From the NCBI GenBank assembly GCA_964576865.1, contig CAZNVK010000001.1, positions 50,697 through 114,696 on the forward strand: DNA of 64,000 nt. The letters run 5' to 3'. The notes beneath the pieces were generated by a model, which saw only the letters and a list, made by a program, of their open reading frames with translations, was not told where the DNA came from and made no database searches. Numbering within the stretch: position 1 is the stretch's first letter; each line of letters starts with the position of its first letter. The stretch is from an uncultured Candidatus Poseidoniales archaeon (GTDB taxonomy: Archaea > Thermoplasmatota > Poseidoniia > Poseidoniales > Thalassarchaeaceae). A program made the translations under genes and the position numbers. Positions 18,080-28,269 of the stretch are shown one piece after another.

Positions 18080-20233
18080 TCAGGACCAGTCGAGGGCTCG
18101 GTTTGGTACTGCAGCGAGGGGTTCGCCGTCAACGAGTCCCGAGAGATGGAAGCCGATGCTCGAAGGCTCGCCTTCGAGGGTTAGCCGCAGGAAGGTGCGG
18201 CTATTGGCGGCGAGGGTGTCGAGGGATATTTCGTCGCCCATGAATAGGTGAGAGGGTGAGACCGCGCCGATGCTGACACTGGCTCCCTCCGGCGCGTGGA
18301 CTCGCATAGCAGCGAGTTCCCAAGGAGAGTCTGCTACACGGATTCCAAGCAGCATTGTCGCATCTCCTTCGGCGATGCGCCAAGCACAGATTTCGACCTG
18401 CTCGGTATTGTGGCGAAGCAAGGGCTCACCCCAATCGGCGACAACTGCCTGCCATGGGCTATCGCCGAGTTGGTGAAGGGCGGAATCGATGACCTGCTCG
18501 TCAGTTTCATCCTTGGCGAGCATCGCTGTGAGACGCTCGCGCAGGCGGCGCAGGCGGCGCAACTCGTGCTGTTCCATCTCAATCTCGGTGACGCCGCCAA
18601 GCCAGCGCTTTCTATTCCAGAATACGGCTAAGGCTGCGGGTGCGAGGAGGAAGACGCCTGCGAAGATGTAGTACTCAATGAAGAGGTCGGATCGGTCAAC
18701 GAATACAGGGGGCTCTGGTTCAGTGATTTCTCCACCATTGACCAGCGTGAAATCGTAATAGTGGTAATTCGACTCACCAATGACTTCAACGCGAATTGCA
18801 TGAATCCCTGGTGGTGCATTGATTAGGCCTCCGCTCGATGAATTGACGATGACCCAGCTCTCTTGGTCGAGAATCAGGATTTGGTAATTCACAGGTTGCG
18901 TGGTGTCCGAGTCGATATGCAAACGCGAACCGTTTTCTTCAGTCACTTCGAACGCAAAAACGTCGACGTATTCATCCAAAACCATCCTAGCACCGATGCT
19001 CTCATTCATCGAAATCTGAGGCCAATCTGATGAATCGTCATCCAGCGTCCATAATCGGTCTGGGGCATCACCCATCGCACCAGCATCTCCTCTAGGGAAT
19101 TCTCGCACACCGATGCTCCAAACGGCGAGTTCAGACGAAGTGATGCGGAACTCAAGAGCCACGGTATCGACTCTCGTTGTGATATGGTCAGCACACAGCT
19201 CACCCTCGCCCTCGACGGGTGTGGAATTGCCATCTGCAGAAATCAAGAAGACCTCAAAAGCCAGGCTATCAAAACGACCCCAACAGTTCAGGAAGAGGTC
19301 CATCCTGCTCGCAGATTCAATACGGATTGTGTCGCCAGAGGAATCAGAAGGTGAAATCCAGCCGTTGAATCCTAGGTGAATGGGGGGGAACTGGAGAGGC
19401 TCTCGGTCTCCCCAGACGTTGGAGAGTTCTCCCCACGAAGCCTCGAGTTCCGGGTCGTATCGAAGGATGTACAATTCGTATGCGGCGAACTCAGCCTCAG
19501 GGTGTTGTTTGAGTCTCAGCCAAAGGTCGCCCCCCTCGGGATATTCAAAACGATACCAACCATCATTATCCTGATCGAATGGCTCAAGCAAAGTCTTACT
19601 GGAGTCGTTACGGACCCAGAATTCCAATTCCACCGATTCGGGCATCAGTGGGGGAGGCATCTGAATAAAATCCCCTGCAGTGCCGAAGACCTCGACAGAA
19701 TCCTTGTCCGAACCATCCTCCAATGAGCCGACTAACCAATGAGTGCGAGTCCAGATTCGTCCATCACATGTGTCGATGGGGCAGTCCCAGGTCGGGTCAA
19801 CAGATTGTTGTTCTATATGGATGCCAGGACTGGGCACATTGTCTAGCCAGTCATCGGATTCCTTCATCATGGAGGATGTATTCTCATGGAACCATTCGCT
19901 GGTCTCGAACCACAGATCATCCTTCGTGGTACCGGGATCAGCTTTTACCACGAAATCGACCTGTCCAGTGGCTGAGAATGAGAATTCAATCTTGTGAGAA
20001 TCCGAGATAGAGTGATTGTCAGTTTCAGTGGTGATTTGTAACTCCAGACCAGGGCAGGATGCCTTCTCACACCAGATTCGTATGAAAATTGGATGGGGTT
20101 CGTCAAAGACGCTGAATGTGTCGATTAGGGTGACCTTTTCATCGCCTTCGTCTTCACCCTGTGCTGCGGCATTCGCTGCTCCTCCTACCAACAGCATGAG
20201 CAACACAATCAGGGTGGTTGCGGCGCGTCGCAC
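18080..20233 (-). CDS. Hypothetical exported, membrane-anchored protein with cytoplasmic C-terminal domain
   Basis: Signal peptide, repeated PPC-like 'D..D' beta domains, TM segment YYIFAGVFLLAPAALAVFW, then about 170 aa. Confidence 0.65.
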   Translation of the reverse strand: MRRAATTLIVLLMLLVGGAANAAAQGEDEGDEKVTLIDTFSVFDEPHPIFIRIWCEKASCPGLELQITTETDNHSISDSHKIEFSFSATGQVDFVVKADPGTTKDDLWFETSEWFHENTSSMMKESDDWLDNVPSPGIHIEQQSVDPTWDCPIDTCDGRIWTRTHWLVGSLEDGSDKDSVEVFGTAGDFIQMPPPLMPESVELEFWVRNDSSKTLLEPFDQDNDGWYRFEYPEGGDLWLRLKQHPEAEFAAYELYILRYDPELEASWGELSNVWGDREPLQFPPIHLGFNGWISPSDSSGDTIRIESASRMDLFLNCWGRFDSLAFEVFLISADGNSTPVEGEGELCADHITTRVDTVALEFRITSSELAVWSIGVREFPRGDAGAMGDAPDRLWTLDDDSSDWPQISMNESIGARMVLDEYVDVFAFEVTEENGSRLHIDSDTTQPVNYQILILDQESWVIVNSSSGGLINAPPGIHAIRVEVIGESNYHYYDFTLVNGGEITEPEPPVFVDRSDLFIEYYIFAGVFLLAPAALAVFWNRKRWLGGVTEIEMEQHELRRLRRLRERLTAMLAKDETDEQVIDSALHQLGDSPWQAVVADWGEPLLRHNTEQVEICAWRIAEGDATMLLGIRVADSPWELAAMRVHAPEGASVSIGAVSPSHLFMGDEISLDTLAANSRTFLRLTLEGEPSSIGFHLSGLVDGEPLAAVPNRALDWS

Positions 20234-20295
20234 GGCCCTCCGGGCCGGCTTCTCCCTTAGAATGCTTCAAGCGAACCGCATCGCTCGCGCGCTCG

Positions 20296-22101
20296 ATGAG
20301 CGAGGATGCTGGTGAGCGGCCGCTGGCGCGCGGTGTGGCTGCGCGGCAGCGTTTTGCGCGCATTTTCGCGCTCGGCGATAGGCGCGCGCCGAGTTCGTGG
20401 ACCCCGGCCTTGGTGGCTGGGGCCTCGGACTCGGAATTACCCCTCTCGATCTGCGCATTCCGCGTCGAGAGGGATGCGAGCACCATTCCTGCATCAATGT
20501 CGATGACGGTGCTCGATGACCTGTGCCTGCCCTTCGGTGGGAACGAGACTTGGCAGGCACAGGAGGGATTGATACTACCTTCGAGCCTAGACGAGTCGAA
20601 CTCCGGCTCCAACTCATCAGGAGATCAGCTCCTGCCGGTCTCCTGGCAGGCGCTGCACCACGATGCGACCCTGCTCGATGAGGACCTCTCTCCATCGGTA
20701 ATCGCCCTCATCGATGCTCCACAATTAGCCGAGCGCCCAGGCAAGCTGATCGAGGCGCTCGATGCAATCCGCCGCCGATTCCCAACCTCTCTAATCTGGA
20801 CCCCCGGAATCGGCGGCCCCGACAATTGCGCCCTACTCGCGTGGATAGGTGTCGACCTCTTCGACCTCGCTCGCTCACAAGAGGCGGCTTCGCGCGGAGT
20901 TTTGCTCACCGAAGACGGCCCGCGAACCGTCGAAGAGACCCTCGGCGAATCAGCAGGAATTGAAGTCCAAATCGAGGCGTGGCATCGCTCTCTCGCAGCC
21001 ACGCGCGCTGCAATCCGCGATGGCACCATCCGCCAACTTGCCGAGCGCCAAGCGCTCTCTAGCCCTCGCTCGGTAGAACGCTTACGCCGCCACGACCTCA
21101 AGATGGCAGCAGCCGCCACCCAAGACCCCGGCCAAGCAGCCCTCGCAAGCGTAGTCCGCCAAGGCATTCGCCTGCGCTGTCACTCATACACCAGCCGCGA
21201 CGACCCAATCATCAGCGAATGGAAGCGCCGTGTCACCGATGAGCACACACCACCCATCCACCAAGCCAAGGCACTCGTCCTCCTACCCTGCTCGGCCCAG
21301 AAGCCCTACCGTCTCTCACAATCCCACCGCCGCTTCCAGCGCGCGGTCATCACCCGAGGCGTCCACGAAGTGATGGTCACAGCCCCGCTCGGCCTAGTCC
21401 CGCGCGAACTCGAGGATATCTGGCCAGCTGCACACTACGACATCCCAGTCACAGGGAATTGGGACGTTGACGAACTCAAAACCATCCGAGAAATGACCGA
21501 GTCCTACGCAACACGCAATGGCTATCAACGAATCATCAACCACTCAGGAATCGAACTAACAGCCGGCAATATCGAGGTCGTAGACACTCGAGCCGGCGAA
21601 TCAGCAGGCTCCCAGTCATCCATCGACAGGCTCGAACAAGCCATCCGCCAAGCAGCCGAAGAACTCGAACTCCCAAACCCCAAGGAAAGCCAACACCGTC
21701 TCGAGAAACTCAAGGCACTCTCAAGATTCCAACACGGAACCGACGCGTGGCTCAACGGAGCAAAAGTAAGCGGCAGACCCCCTATCTTCCGAATAGAAAT
21801 CGAAAGAACTCAGATAGCCCTCTGGAACCCCCGCAGCGGTCGATTCTCATTCTCAAAGGCCGCCCTACCCCTCCTCGACGCCTGCGACGCCTTGGCCCGC
21901 GTCGAACTAACCCCTGAATCCGACTGGCGCGGAGACCTATTCGCAACCAATATCACCCGAGCCGACCCCGGAATCCGCGCCGGCGACGAACTCCTCGTCT
22001 TCCAAAACGGCAAACTAACCGGCAGCGCACGAGCCGAGGCAGCAGGGTGGGAATGGCCCAATGGACCGGGTAGGTTGGCGAAAGCACAGCACCGTTTGTG
22101 A
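20296..22101 (+). CDS. arcS: Archaeosine synthase alpha subunit (ArcS/TgtA2-like; DUF5591 + PUA)
   Basis: GVDLFD, LLPCSAQKPYRLSQSH, TAPLGLVPRELE..WPAAHYDIPVTGNW and a C-terminal PUA domain (ADPGIRAGDE). Confidence 0.85.
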   Translation: MSEDAGERPLARGVAARQRFARIFALGDRRAPSSWTPALVAGASDSELPLSICAFRVERDASTIPASMSMTVLDDLCLPFGGNETWQAQEGLILPSSLDESNSGSNSSGDQLLPVSWQALHHDATLLDEDLSPSVIALIDAPQLAERPGKLIEALDAIRRRFPTSLIWTPGIGGPDNCALLAWIGVDLFDLARSQEAASRGVLLTEDGPRTVEETLGESAGIEVQIEAWHRSLAATRAAIRDGTIRQLAERQALSSPRSVERLRRHDLKMAAAATQDPGQAALASVVRQGIRLRCHSYTSRDDPIISEWKRRVTDEHTPPIHQAKALVLLPCSAQKPYRLSQSHRRFQRAVITRGVHEVMVTAPLGLVPRELEDIWPAAHYDIPVTGNWDVDELKTIREMTESYATRNGYQRIINHSGIELTAGNIEVVDTRAGESAGSQSSIDRLEQAIRQAAEELELPNPKESQHRLEKLKALSRFQHGTDAWLNGAKVSGRPPIFRIEIERTQIALWNPRSGRFSFSKAALPLLDACDALARVELTPESDWRGDLFATNITRADPGIRAGDELLVFQNGKLTGSARAEAAGWEWPNGPGRLAKAQHRL

Positions 22102-22176
22102 GGCAGCACCCTTTGGGTGAGATGCGTAGCGATTAAAGAGGGGCAGCAGCTCGGCGAGCCGCCTGAGGTGACCTGA

Positions 22177-22632
22177 ATGGCTCGAATGCACAGTAAGGGA
22201 AAGGGAAAGAGCGGCTCTGACAAGCCCAACGCAAGCGCCGCTCCCGAGTGGTCCGAGTCGGACAAGGAAGCAGTAGAAGCACTCATTCTCAAGCTGGCTG
22301 GCGAGGGACACTCGACGGCAATGATCGGCACAATCCTGCGCGACCAGCACGCAGTTCCTGATGTTCGGTTGGTCACTGGCGAGCGCATCGCACAGACCCT
22401 TGCTCGCAACGATTTGAGGGGCAAGTACCCAGAGGACATGATGAATCTCATGCGTCAGGCTCTGAGGATGATCGATCACCTCAACTCGAATCACAAGGAC
22501 CTTCACAACGGCAGGCAATTGGAACTCACAGAGTCTCGAATCCGCCGTCTGGCTCGATACTACCAGAACACCGGTCGTCTGGACTCCGAGTGGGCCTACA
22601 AGCGCGACAAACTACGCCTGATGGTCGAGTGA
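22177..22632 (+). CDS. rps15: 30S ribosomal protein uS15
   Basis: MARMHSKGKGKSGS, IGTILRDQH, PEDMMNL, HKDLH, ESRIRRLARYY; GAGGTGA SD. Confidence 0.97.
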   Translation: MARMHSKGKGKSGSDKPNASAAPEWSESDKEAVEALILKLAGEGHSTAMIGTILRDQHAVPDVRLVTGERIAQTLARNDLRGKYPEDMMNLMRQALRMIDHLNSNHKDLHNGRQLELTESRIRRLARYYQNTGRLDSEWAYKRDKLRLMVE

Positions 22633-22736
22633 GCTCAACTGCTCGCTTCGCCCTCGCTCGCAATGCGAGACTCCTCCGGTTGCGGGATGGTTTGGCAGCG
22701 ATGGGGATTTGAACCAGCGACTGTCAAGAGTGTTCG

Positions 22737-23606
22737 ATGCGTCAGTTGCTCGAGGCCGAACAATTCGGTTCTGTGGCCTCGACTCTTGCGGATGCCGCGG
22801 TGGGCATCCGCGCGCATGGTGGCACTGTGATGTTGTTGGCGGCGCCTTCGCTGGTCGGTGCTCTGACGGTGGCGCCGTTGGAGGCGGCGATGCTCGATCT
22901 TGGCTTGCCCTATCGCCGCCGGTTCAAGATGGAAGTGCCGAGGGATGGTGCTTGGATCCACGTTCTAGGTCCTGGTCAGGATTCAGGACCTGAGTATTCT
23001 CGGGAACCACCTCGAATGAGTCTGGCGGGGTCGGTGGTAGAGGGATTGAGGGGTTCTTCCGGTGATGTCCGACGGGGTCCTCTGACTACGGTTGCGCAGG
23101 CTCACGCGCTGGCGCAGGCTTTGACACCGACCAGCGCACGTCTGCGAAGAATGCGGCCATGGCTGATTTCGGGGAATTGGCTGCATTCGGCTCTCGACAC
23201 CACTTATGATCCGGTTTTCACCGCCCTTCGCGACCTACTGGTCGAGGAGGGTTCGGCTCGAGTAGTGTCGATGCCGGAGGTCGCATCCGTGGAACTCTCG
23301 AATACTCCGTGGGTCGAGGATTTGGCTCTCGATGCGGTATCGGCCAAATGGGATGAATTGGATATGGAGGGTCGCGCGCGGGCGCTTTCGCACTTGATGC
23401 GGCCCGCGCTCTCCCGCTCGACGCCATCGACGGCGCGGATGGAAGAACTCGGTTGGCACCGCGTCGTCGGAAATGATTGGGATAGCGATTTGGCATCGGA
23501 AATTGTACGCGCGGCACGCTTGTGGAAAGAGAATCCAGCCCCCGCCGCCGCGCACGCGCTCGTCGATTCCCTGCTGACCACAGGACGAGCGCCGAAGGGC
23601 GAGTGA
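22737..23606 (+). CDS. Hypothetical protein, possibly a degenerate RecJ/DHH-family homolog
   Basis: Occupies the usual archaeal position after rps15. No DHH motif is visible. Confidence 0.55.
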   Translation: MRQLLEAEQFGSVASTLADAAVGIRAHGGTVMLLAAPSLVGALTVAPLEAAMLDLGLPYRRRFKMEVPRDGAWIHVLGPGQDSGPEYSREPPRMSLAGSVVEGLRGSSGDVRRGPLTTVAQAHALAQALTPTSARLRRMRPWLISGNWLHSALDTTYDPVFTALRDLLVEEGSARVVSMPEVASVELSNTPWVEDLALDAVSAKWDELDMEGRARALSHLMRPALSRSTPSTARMEELGWHRVVGNDWDSDLASEIVRAARLWKENPAPAAAHALVDSLLTTGRAPKGE

Positions 23607-23623
23607 ATCGCCGAGTGGGGTGG

Positions 23624-25627
23624 TCACTCGAGGCGCAGAACCGAGTCGCAGCCTAAGCATTCCAAGCGAAGCGGTCTGACATCGGATTCGACCGCATTCG
23701 ACTCGCCGCACTTGGGGCAATCAACGTGCACATTGCGCTTGCTCTTGCGACGCCCACCCTCGATTATCTCATTACGCGGAGAGACCAAAGCGACTGGGAA
23801 GACCAACAGCATGCTCGAGGCCACGACGCCGAGTACGAATGGCATGTCGAGGCCGAGAACATAGAGCGCAAGCGCCAGCCCGCCGAGAACCACCACCGTC
23901 AGCATCGAGGGAACTTTGGCACGCTTTCTAGTCATCAGCAGGCCCAGCCCGAGCGCGAGCACGAGCATGAAGACCGAGACCATGGCTGATACCAGTGGCG
24001 AGTAAAGCGCGCCGCCGCTCGGCACGAATTCGACTCGGAATGACTTCTCCGGGTCGAGGTCGGCCTCGTCGATAGTAATCATCTCTAAGAGAATCCAGCG
24101 GCGGTGCTTGGCATCGATGTCTTCAGCAGCTACACCGCCAAGCCCTTGCAGAGCGGTCGAGCGAATCTCGACATTCAGCTCGACATCGGTGTAGAGGTCA
24201 TCATCGCTTGGCTTGATGAAAGTCTCAATCAATTGCTGTCTCTCACCCGCTTCCACCCTGTGAGAGGTATCGATGGTTATCGTCACGCTCTCAGAACTGA
24301 AAGCGCGGGTGTGGCCTAGATCAATCGTGATATCTGTCGGCCCGAGATTAACCGGATTCACCCCGAGGAAGGACTCAGCATCGAGGTAGAGTCCGTTGGC
24401 GAGGAAGGATTTCATGTCGGTTGCCGAGCCGATGAGATGGCTTTGCAGTGCGGCCAATTCGGAGTCATCAACCTGGCCGTTGTGGAAGTCAGAACCGGGA
24501 ATCGAATCGGAATAGGTTCGCAGGTTTCGCCACCAGCTGTTTGACGAGAGGCTATTGTTGCCGATATTGTCGAGGCCCCAGCGGACCCATTGTGACATCG
24601 CTCCGTCGAATTCGAGGGTCACCACGCGCTCAACGCTATCGCCGTCGAACTTGGCGTCCACATCCAAGGATAGGCTCGTGCCGCCAGTTCGCAGCGGTTC
24701 TGCTGCGGGGTACCAGCCTCCTGAGCCCGAGCCGCCCTCGCCAGCGGTGATTTCGTAGGTGCGGCTCGCCTCTATTCTGAGAGAGGTTTGTGGATTTAGG
24801 TGGAAGACGACGTTGTATGTGCCGGAGTCGGCGGTCTCAGGGATTGTCCATGAGAAGGTGACCTCGACTCCGTTATTGGTCGGCGTTGCGATTGGACTGT
24901 CGGTGATAGTATCGCTTGCGACGTTCATTCCGCCGGTTGAAGCCGACCACATGCGGTCGCCGAAGCCGGATTTGAGTTGTACTGGGAAGTAGACGAGGCG
25001 ACCGTTGACGCTCGGCTCCTTCATGTCGATACTGACGAGCGGGAATTTCATCGTCATGCGACCGGTGTATGCATCGGTGCCCCAGATGAAGCGGATCCCT
25101 GCATCGTCGCCCGGGCTGGAGAAGGAGAGGCTACGGACCGAGAAGGTGATCTTGACCTGGTCTCCTTCGCGAACTTCACCGGCCTGAACGGTGACGGGGA
25201 TGACGACCTCGCCGCCATTGGTCAGGAATAGTCCGGCGCCGGCATCGCCTTCGAAGTAGGTGCTGCCGATATTGACTCCGACCGTGGCGTTGATCTGGAT
25301 GCCGGCGGCGGATTCGACCTCGTAGGGGATTCTGAATTCCCAGGTTGATTCGGGGTATTCTCCTTGGAGGCCCCAAGTGATTTCCCATGAGCCGATCTCG
25401 ACGAGGCCTTGGATCGAGGGGGTGACGAATTGCTCGTGCTCCTCGTCGAGGTCGGATTGGAATGGTGAGAGGGAGCCGTCGTCGGCGCTGCCCAGCAAGT
25501 AGACGTCGAAATCCTGGGCAGCGCAACAAGCTCCATCCTCTTCAGCTGCGGCTGGAGATAGTGGTAGGCTGACGAGGAGCATCATCGTAGTCAAGACGAC
25601 GATTCGGGCTCGCTCGGCGCTGCTCAT
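23624..25627 (-). CDS. Exported multi-TM protein with C-terminal zinc ribbon
   Basis: Signal peptide, large beta-rich ectodomain, three C-terminal TM segments, CPKCG...CLGCD. Confidence 0.7.
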   Translation of the reverse strand: MSSAERARIVVLTTMMLLVSLPLSPAAAEEDGACCAAQDFDVYLLGSADDGSLSPFQSDLDEEHEQFVTPSIQGLVEIGSWEITWGLQGEYPESTWEFRIPYEVESAAGIQINATVGVNIGSTYFEGDAGAGLFLTNGGEVVIPVTVQAGEVREGDQVKITFSVRSLSFSSPGDDAGIRFIWGTDAYTGRMTMKFPLVSIDMKEPSVNGRLVYFPVQLKSGFGDRMWSASTGGMNVASDTITDSPIATPTNNGVEVTFSWTIPETADSGTYNVVFHLNPQTSLRIEASRTYEITAGEGGSGSGGWYPAAEPLRTGGTSLSLDVDAKFDGDSVERVVTLEFDGAMSQWVRWGLDNIGNNSLSSNSWWRNLRTYSDSIPGSDFHNGQVDDSELAALQSHLIGSATDMKSFLANGLYLDAESFLGVNPVNLGPTDITIDLGHTRAFSSESVTITIDTSHRVEAGERQQLIETFIKPSDDDLYTDVELNVEIRSTALQGLGGVAAEDIDAKHRRWILLEMITIDEADLDPEKSFRVEFVPSGGALYSPLVSAMVSVFMLVLALGLGLLMTRKRAKVPSMLTVVVLGGLALALYVLGLDMPFVLGVVASSMLLVFPVALVSPRNEIIEGGRRKSKRNVHVDCPKCGESNAVESDVRPLRLECLGCDSVLRLE

Positions 25628-25754
25628 CGAGCCCGCTGGTTCGCTCTATGTCCTTGAATGCGACCCTCGAAGGCTTCCTGATTTCCACGATTCGAGGCAA
25701 CGGCGCCAAAGGCGCCGCGTGCGAGGGAAGGGCGGGGCGCGGTGCTTGCCTGGC

Positions 25755-27470
25755 TCATCCATGAAGGTAGAGTAACTCGACCGGACCATTGTCTGGGACG
25801 GCTTCGATTCTGGCGAAGCCGATACGCTCGAGTTGCAGGATTGCCCCTTCCTCGAGGTCGACATCTTCGAGCATTCCCTCGCTGATTAGTAACTCGTCGC
25901 CAACCGGCGTGGTCAGACTGGCGGGTCGAGCCATCGATGTGGGCAACCAGTGAACGATGGCTCGCTTATCGCTGCGCTCAAGCGATTCGACGTGGGCAGC
26001 GCCACCGTCGATGTTGATATCAGCGAAATCCTTCAAGCGAATTTGGCCTTGGCTGTCGGCTTCTTCGATGAGAACCTCATCGCTGAGAGTCCAATCGCGC
26101 GCCCCCTCGACAGACCCGTCGGGGTGGCGCGCAATCGACAGAGAACCACCAATCTGATGCTCCCCTGAATCCAAAGCGAGTATCTTCGGTTCACGAACGA
26201 ATGAGCGACGCTCACAACTCGAGTCGATAACCGAGGAATTGAACGACTCGATAGTTTGCATAGAAATTGAAATGTCCTTCTGAGTCAATCCAAGATCAAT
26301 CCAGAAGTCACGCAGCGCCTGCGAATCAAAACCACGTCGCCGCAGCGCTGCGAGCGTCGGCAGGCGCGCATCATCCCATCCAGAATATACACCTTCAGCA
26401 ATCGCAGCGCGCATGCCGCTCGTCGAAAATCCGCCAAATTCGTGCACCTTCACGCGGCCCCAGTAGAGCGGTTCGGGGTAGGTCCAGCCGAAGTGGGCGT
26501 AGAGCAGGGTTTGCTTGCGGGTCGAGTCCATGAGGTCCTTGCCGCGGACGATGTGAGTAACGCCTTGCAGGTGGTCCTCAATCGCGCTCTGGAAGTCGAG
26601 CAGAGGCCAGACCTTGTAGGCGTCGCCGACCATTGGGTGAGGGGTGTGCTGGATGCGAAGTGCGGGCCAATCGCGCAGGGCTGGGTTCGGCAGGTCAAGG
26701 TCGGTCTTGACGCGTACTACGGCCTCTCCCTCGCCAATGCTCCCGTCGTTCATCGCTGACCAGTCACTGAGGTTTGCTTCGACGCTTCGCTCGCGGCAGG
26801 GGCAGGCTTGGGAAGCGTCGCGCAGCCCTTTGAAATCGGCTGCGGAGCAGCGGCAGACGTAGCCGAATCCGCCTTCGAGCATCTTCGTGGCGTGTTCGAG
26901 GTAGATGGGCATTCGATCGCTGGCGCGGATGATGATGTCAGCCGGGCGGCCAGCGAGCCATTCGTATTCCGCTTCGATTTGAGCGTAGGCTTCGGGGAGT
27001 GGTGGTTTGACTCTGGTATCGGTGTCGTCGAAGCGGAGGACAACTTTTCCTGTGTACATTCGGGCGTATTCCGAATTGATCGAGACACCGCGGGCGTGGC
27101 CGATTGTTAGCGGTCCGTTCGGGTTTGGGGCGAAGCGGAGGATTACTGCGCCCTCGGTTGCGTTGGGGAGTTCCTTGAGGCCGGTTCGCTTCTGCTGCTT
27201 CTGGCGCTCGAGGGCTTCGGGATTGGTTGCTGCGAGCGCCTCGCGGACAGCGTCCACTCCGCTTGATTCTGCTAGGTCGTTGGCCGCTGCGACCTCGGCC
27301 TCGACGAGGGCTTTGAGGTCACGCGCTCTTGGTCGTAGGTCGGCGCGCTCCCCTAGGAGTCGGCCCAGTACGGAGCCGGCTTGACCGGCTCCGGAGTATT
27401 CTACAGCATTTTGCATGGCGTACTTGCGAACCGTGGCTACGGTCTCTGTATCCCACTCGGAATCCACCAT
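25755..27470 (-). CDS. gltX: Glutamate--tRNA ligase (archaeal type)
   Basis: RFAPNPNGPLTIGHARG, LRFDDTD, THIVRGKDL, FSTS and GWDDARLPTL. Start ATG 27470 or 27500. Confidence 0.95.
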   Translation of the reverse strand: MVDSEWDTETVATVRKYAMQNAVEYSGAGQAGSVLGRLLGERADLRPRARDLKALVEAEVAAANDLAESSGVDAVREALAATNPEALERQKQQKRTGLKELPNATEGAVILRFAPNPNGPLTIGHARGVSINSEYARMYTGKVVLRFDDTDTRVKPPLPEAYAQIEAEYEWLAGRPADIIIRASDRMPIYLEHATKMLEGGFGYVCRCSAADFKGLRDASQACPCRERSVEANLSDWSAMNDGSIGEGEAVVRVKTDLDLPNPALRDWPALRIQHTPHPMVGDAYKVWPLLDFQSAIEDHLQGVTHIVRGKDLMDSTRKQTLLYAHFGWTYPEPLYWGRVKVHEFGGFSTSGMRAAIAEGVYSGWDDARLPTLAALRRRGFDSQALRDFWIDLGLTQKDISISMQTIESFNSSVIDSSCERRSFVREPKILALDSGEHQIGGSLSIARHPDGSVEGARDWTLSDEVLIEEADSQGQIRLKDFADINIDGGAAHVESLERSDKRAIVHWLPTSMARPASLTTPVGDELLISEGMLEDVDLEEGAILQLERIGFARIEAVPDNGPVELLYLHG

Positions 27471-27516
27471 GCTATCGGGCCTAGGCCCGAACTTAGGCAT
27501 TTGACGCTTGTCGCCC

Positions 27517-28254
27517 TCACCAGTCGTCGAGTGATGATTGCACGACGGCTTCCCCACTCGCCGAGCGGAGTGGTACGGGCGTTGCGTGAGTAGCGCTCCA
27601 AATGTCTGATACCGTTGCCCAACTCCATCGCAGCGAGTCGTGTGGTTTCCCGTTTGAGAGAAGGTGTTCTACCGCGACTCGGGTCTTGGGGTCGGAGGGA
27701 TAACCCGAGCCGACATCGATGCCGCACCTCGCGGAAATTTCGTGAATCGCGGCATCGCGAGCAACCTTGGCGAGAATGGATGCTCCGCCCGCAACCAAGT
27801 CCTTCGCATCCATTCCATGCTCGGCTTCGACCGTCCAGCCCAACCATGCTTCACCCAATGCGGCATTCAATCGACGGGCGAATCGCAGTTCATCGACATC
27901 GCATGCATCAGCGCGTACAACCCCATTCGAATCGTTCAGGTTCGAACCATCGATCGCCTCGGCGAATAATTCGATTTCAAGGCTGTTGAGATCCGACGAT
28001 TGAGCATTGATGTCGATTCGACTCGGCTGGCAAAAAACCACCGAAGACCGCCATTCACCAGCCTCTACTCGAGCAGCGATCTGCGCCTGAATGCGCTCGC
28101 GTTCAGCAACCGAGAGGTCCTTCGAATCCCGCACTCCAAGTGAACTCAGTTCGGCGATGTCGCCGGACGGAACCGCTAGAGCACCGACGACGAGTGGGCC
28201 AATGACAGGCCCCCGCCCAGCCTCGTCAACTCCGATGACCCAATCGGCGCTCAT
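27517..28254 (-). CDS. rnhB: Ribonuclease HII
   Basis: GVDEAGRGPVIGP, DSKDL, ASILAKVARD, GSGYPSDP, RWSW and a PIP-box-like QSSLDDW tail. Confidence 0.95.
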   Translation of the reverse strand: MSADWVIGVDEAGRGPVIGPLVVGALAVPSGDIAELSSLGVRDSKDLSVAERERIQAQIAARVEAGEWRSSVVFCQPSRIDINAQSSDLNSLEIELFAEAIDGSNLNDSNGVVRADACDVDELRFARRLNAALGEAWLGWTVEAEHGMDAKDLVAGGASILAKVARDAAIHEISARCGIDVGSGYPSDPKTRVAVEHLLSNGKPHDSLRWSWATVSDIWSATHATPVPLRSASGEAVVQSSLDDW

Positions 28255-28269
28255 GCGCCGTCGGCCGCT

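Noticed and set aside
22690..22730. GGGGATTTGAACC, resembling a reverse-strand tRNA T-loop
   Set aside because: The flanking bases do not form a 5-bp T stem, and there is no acceptor stem or cloverleaf.
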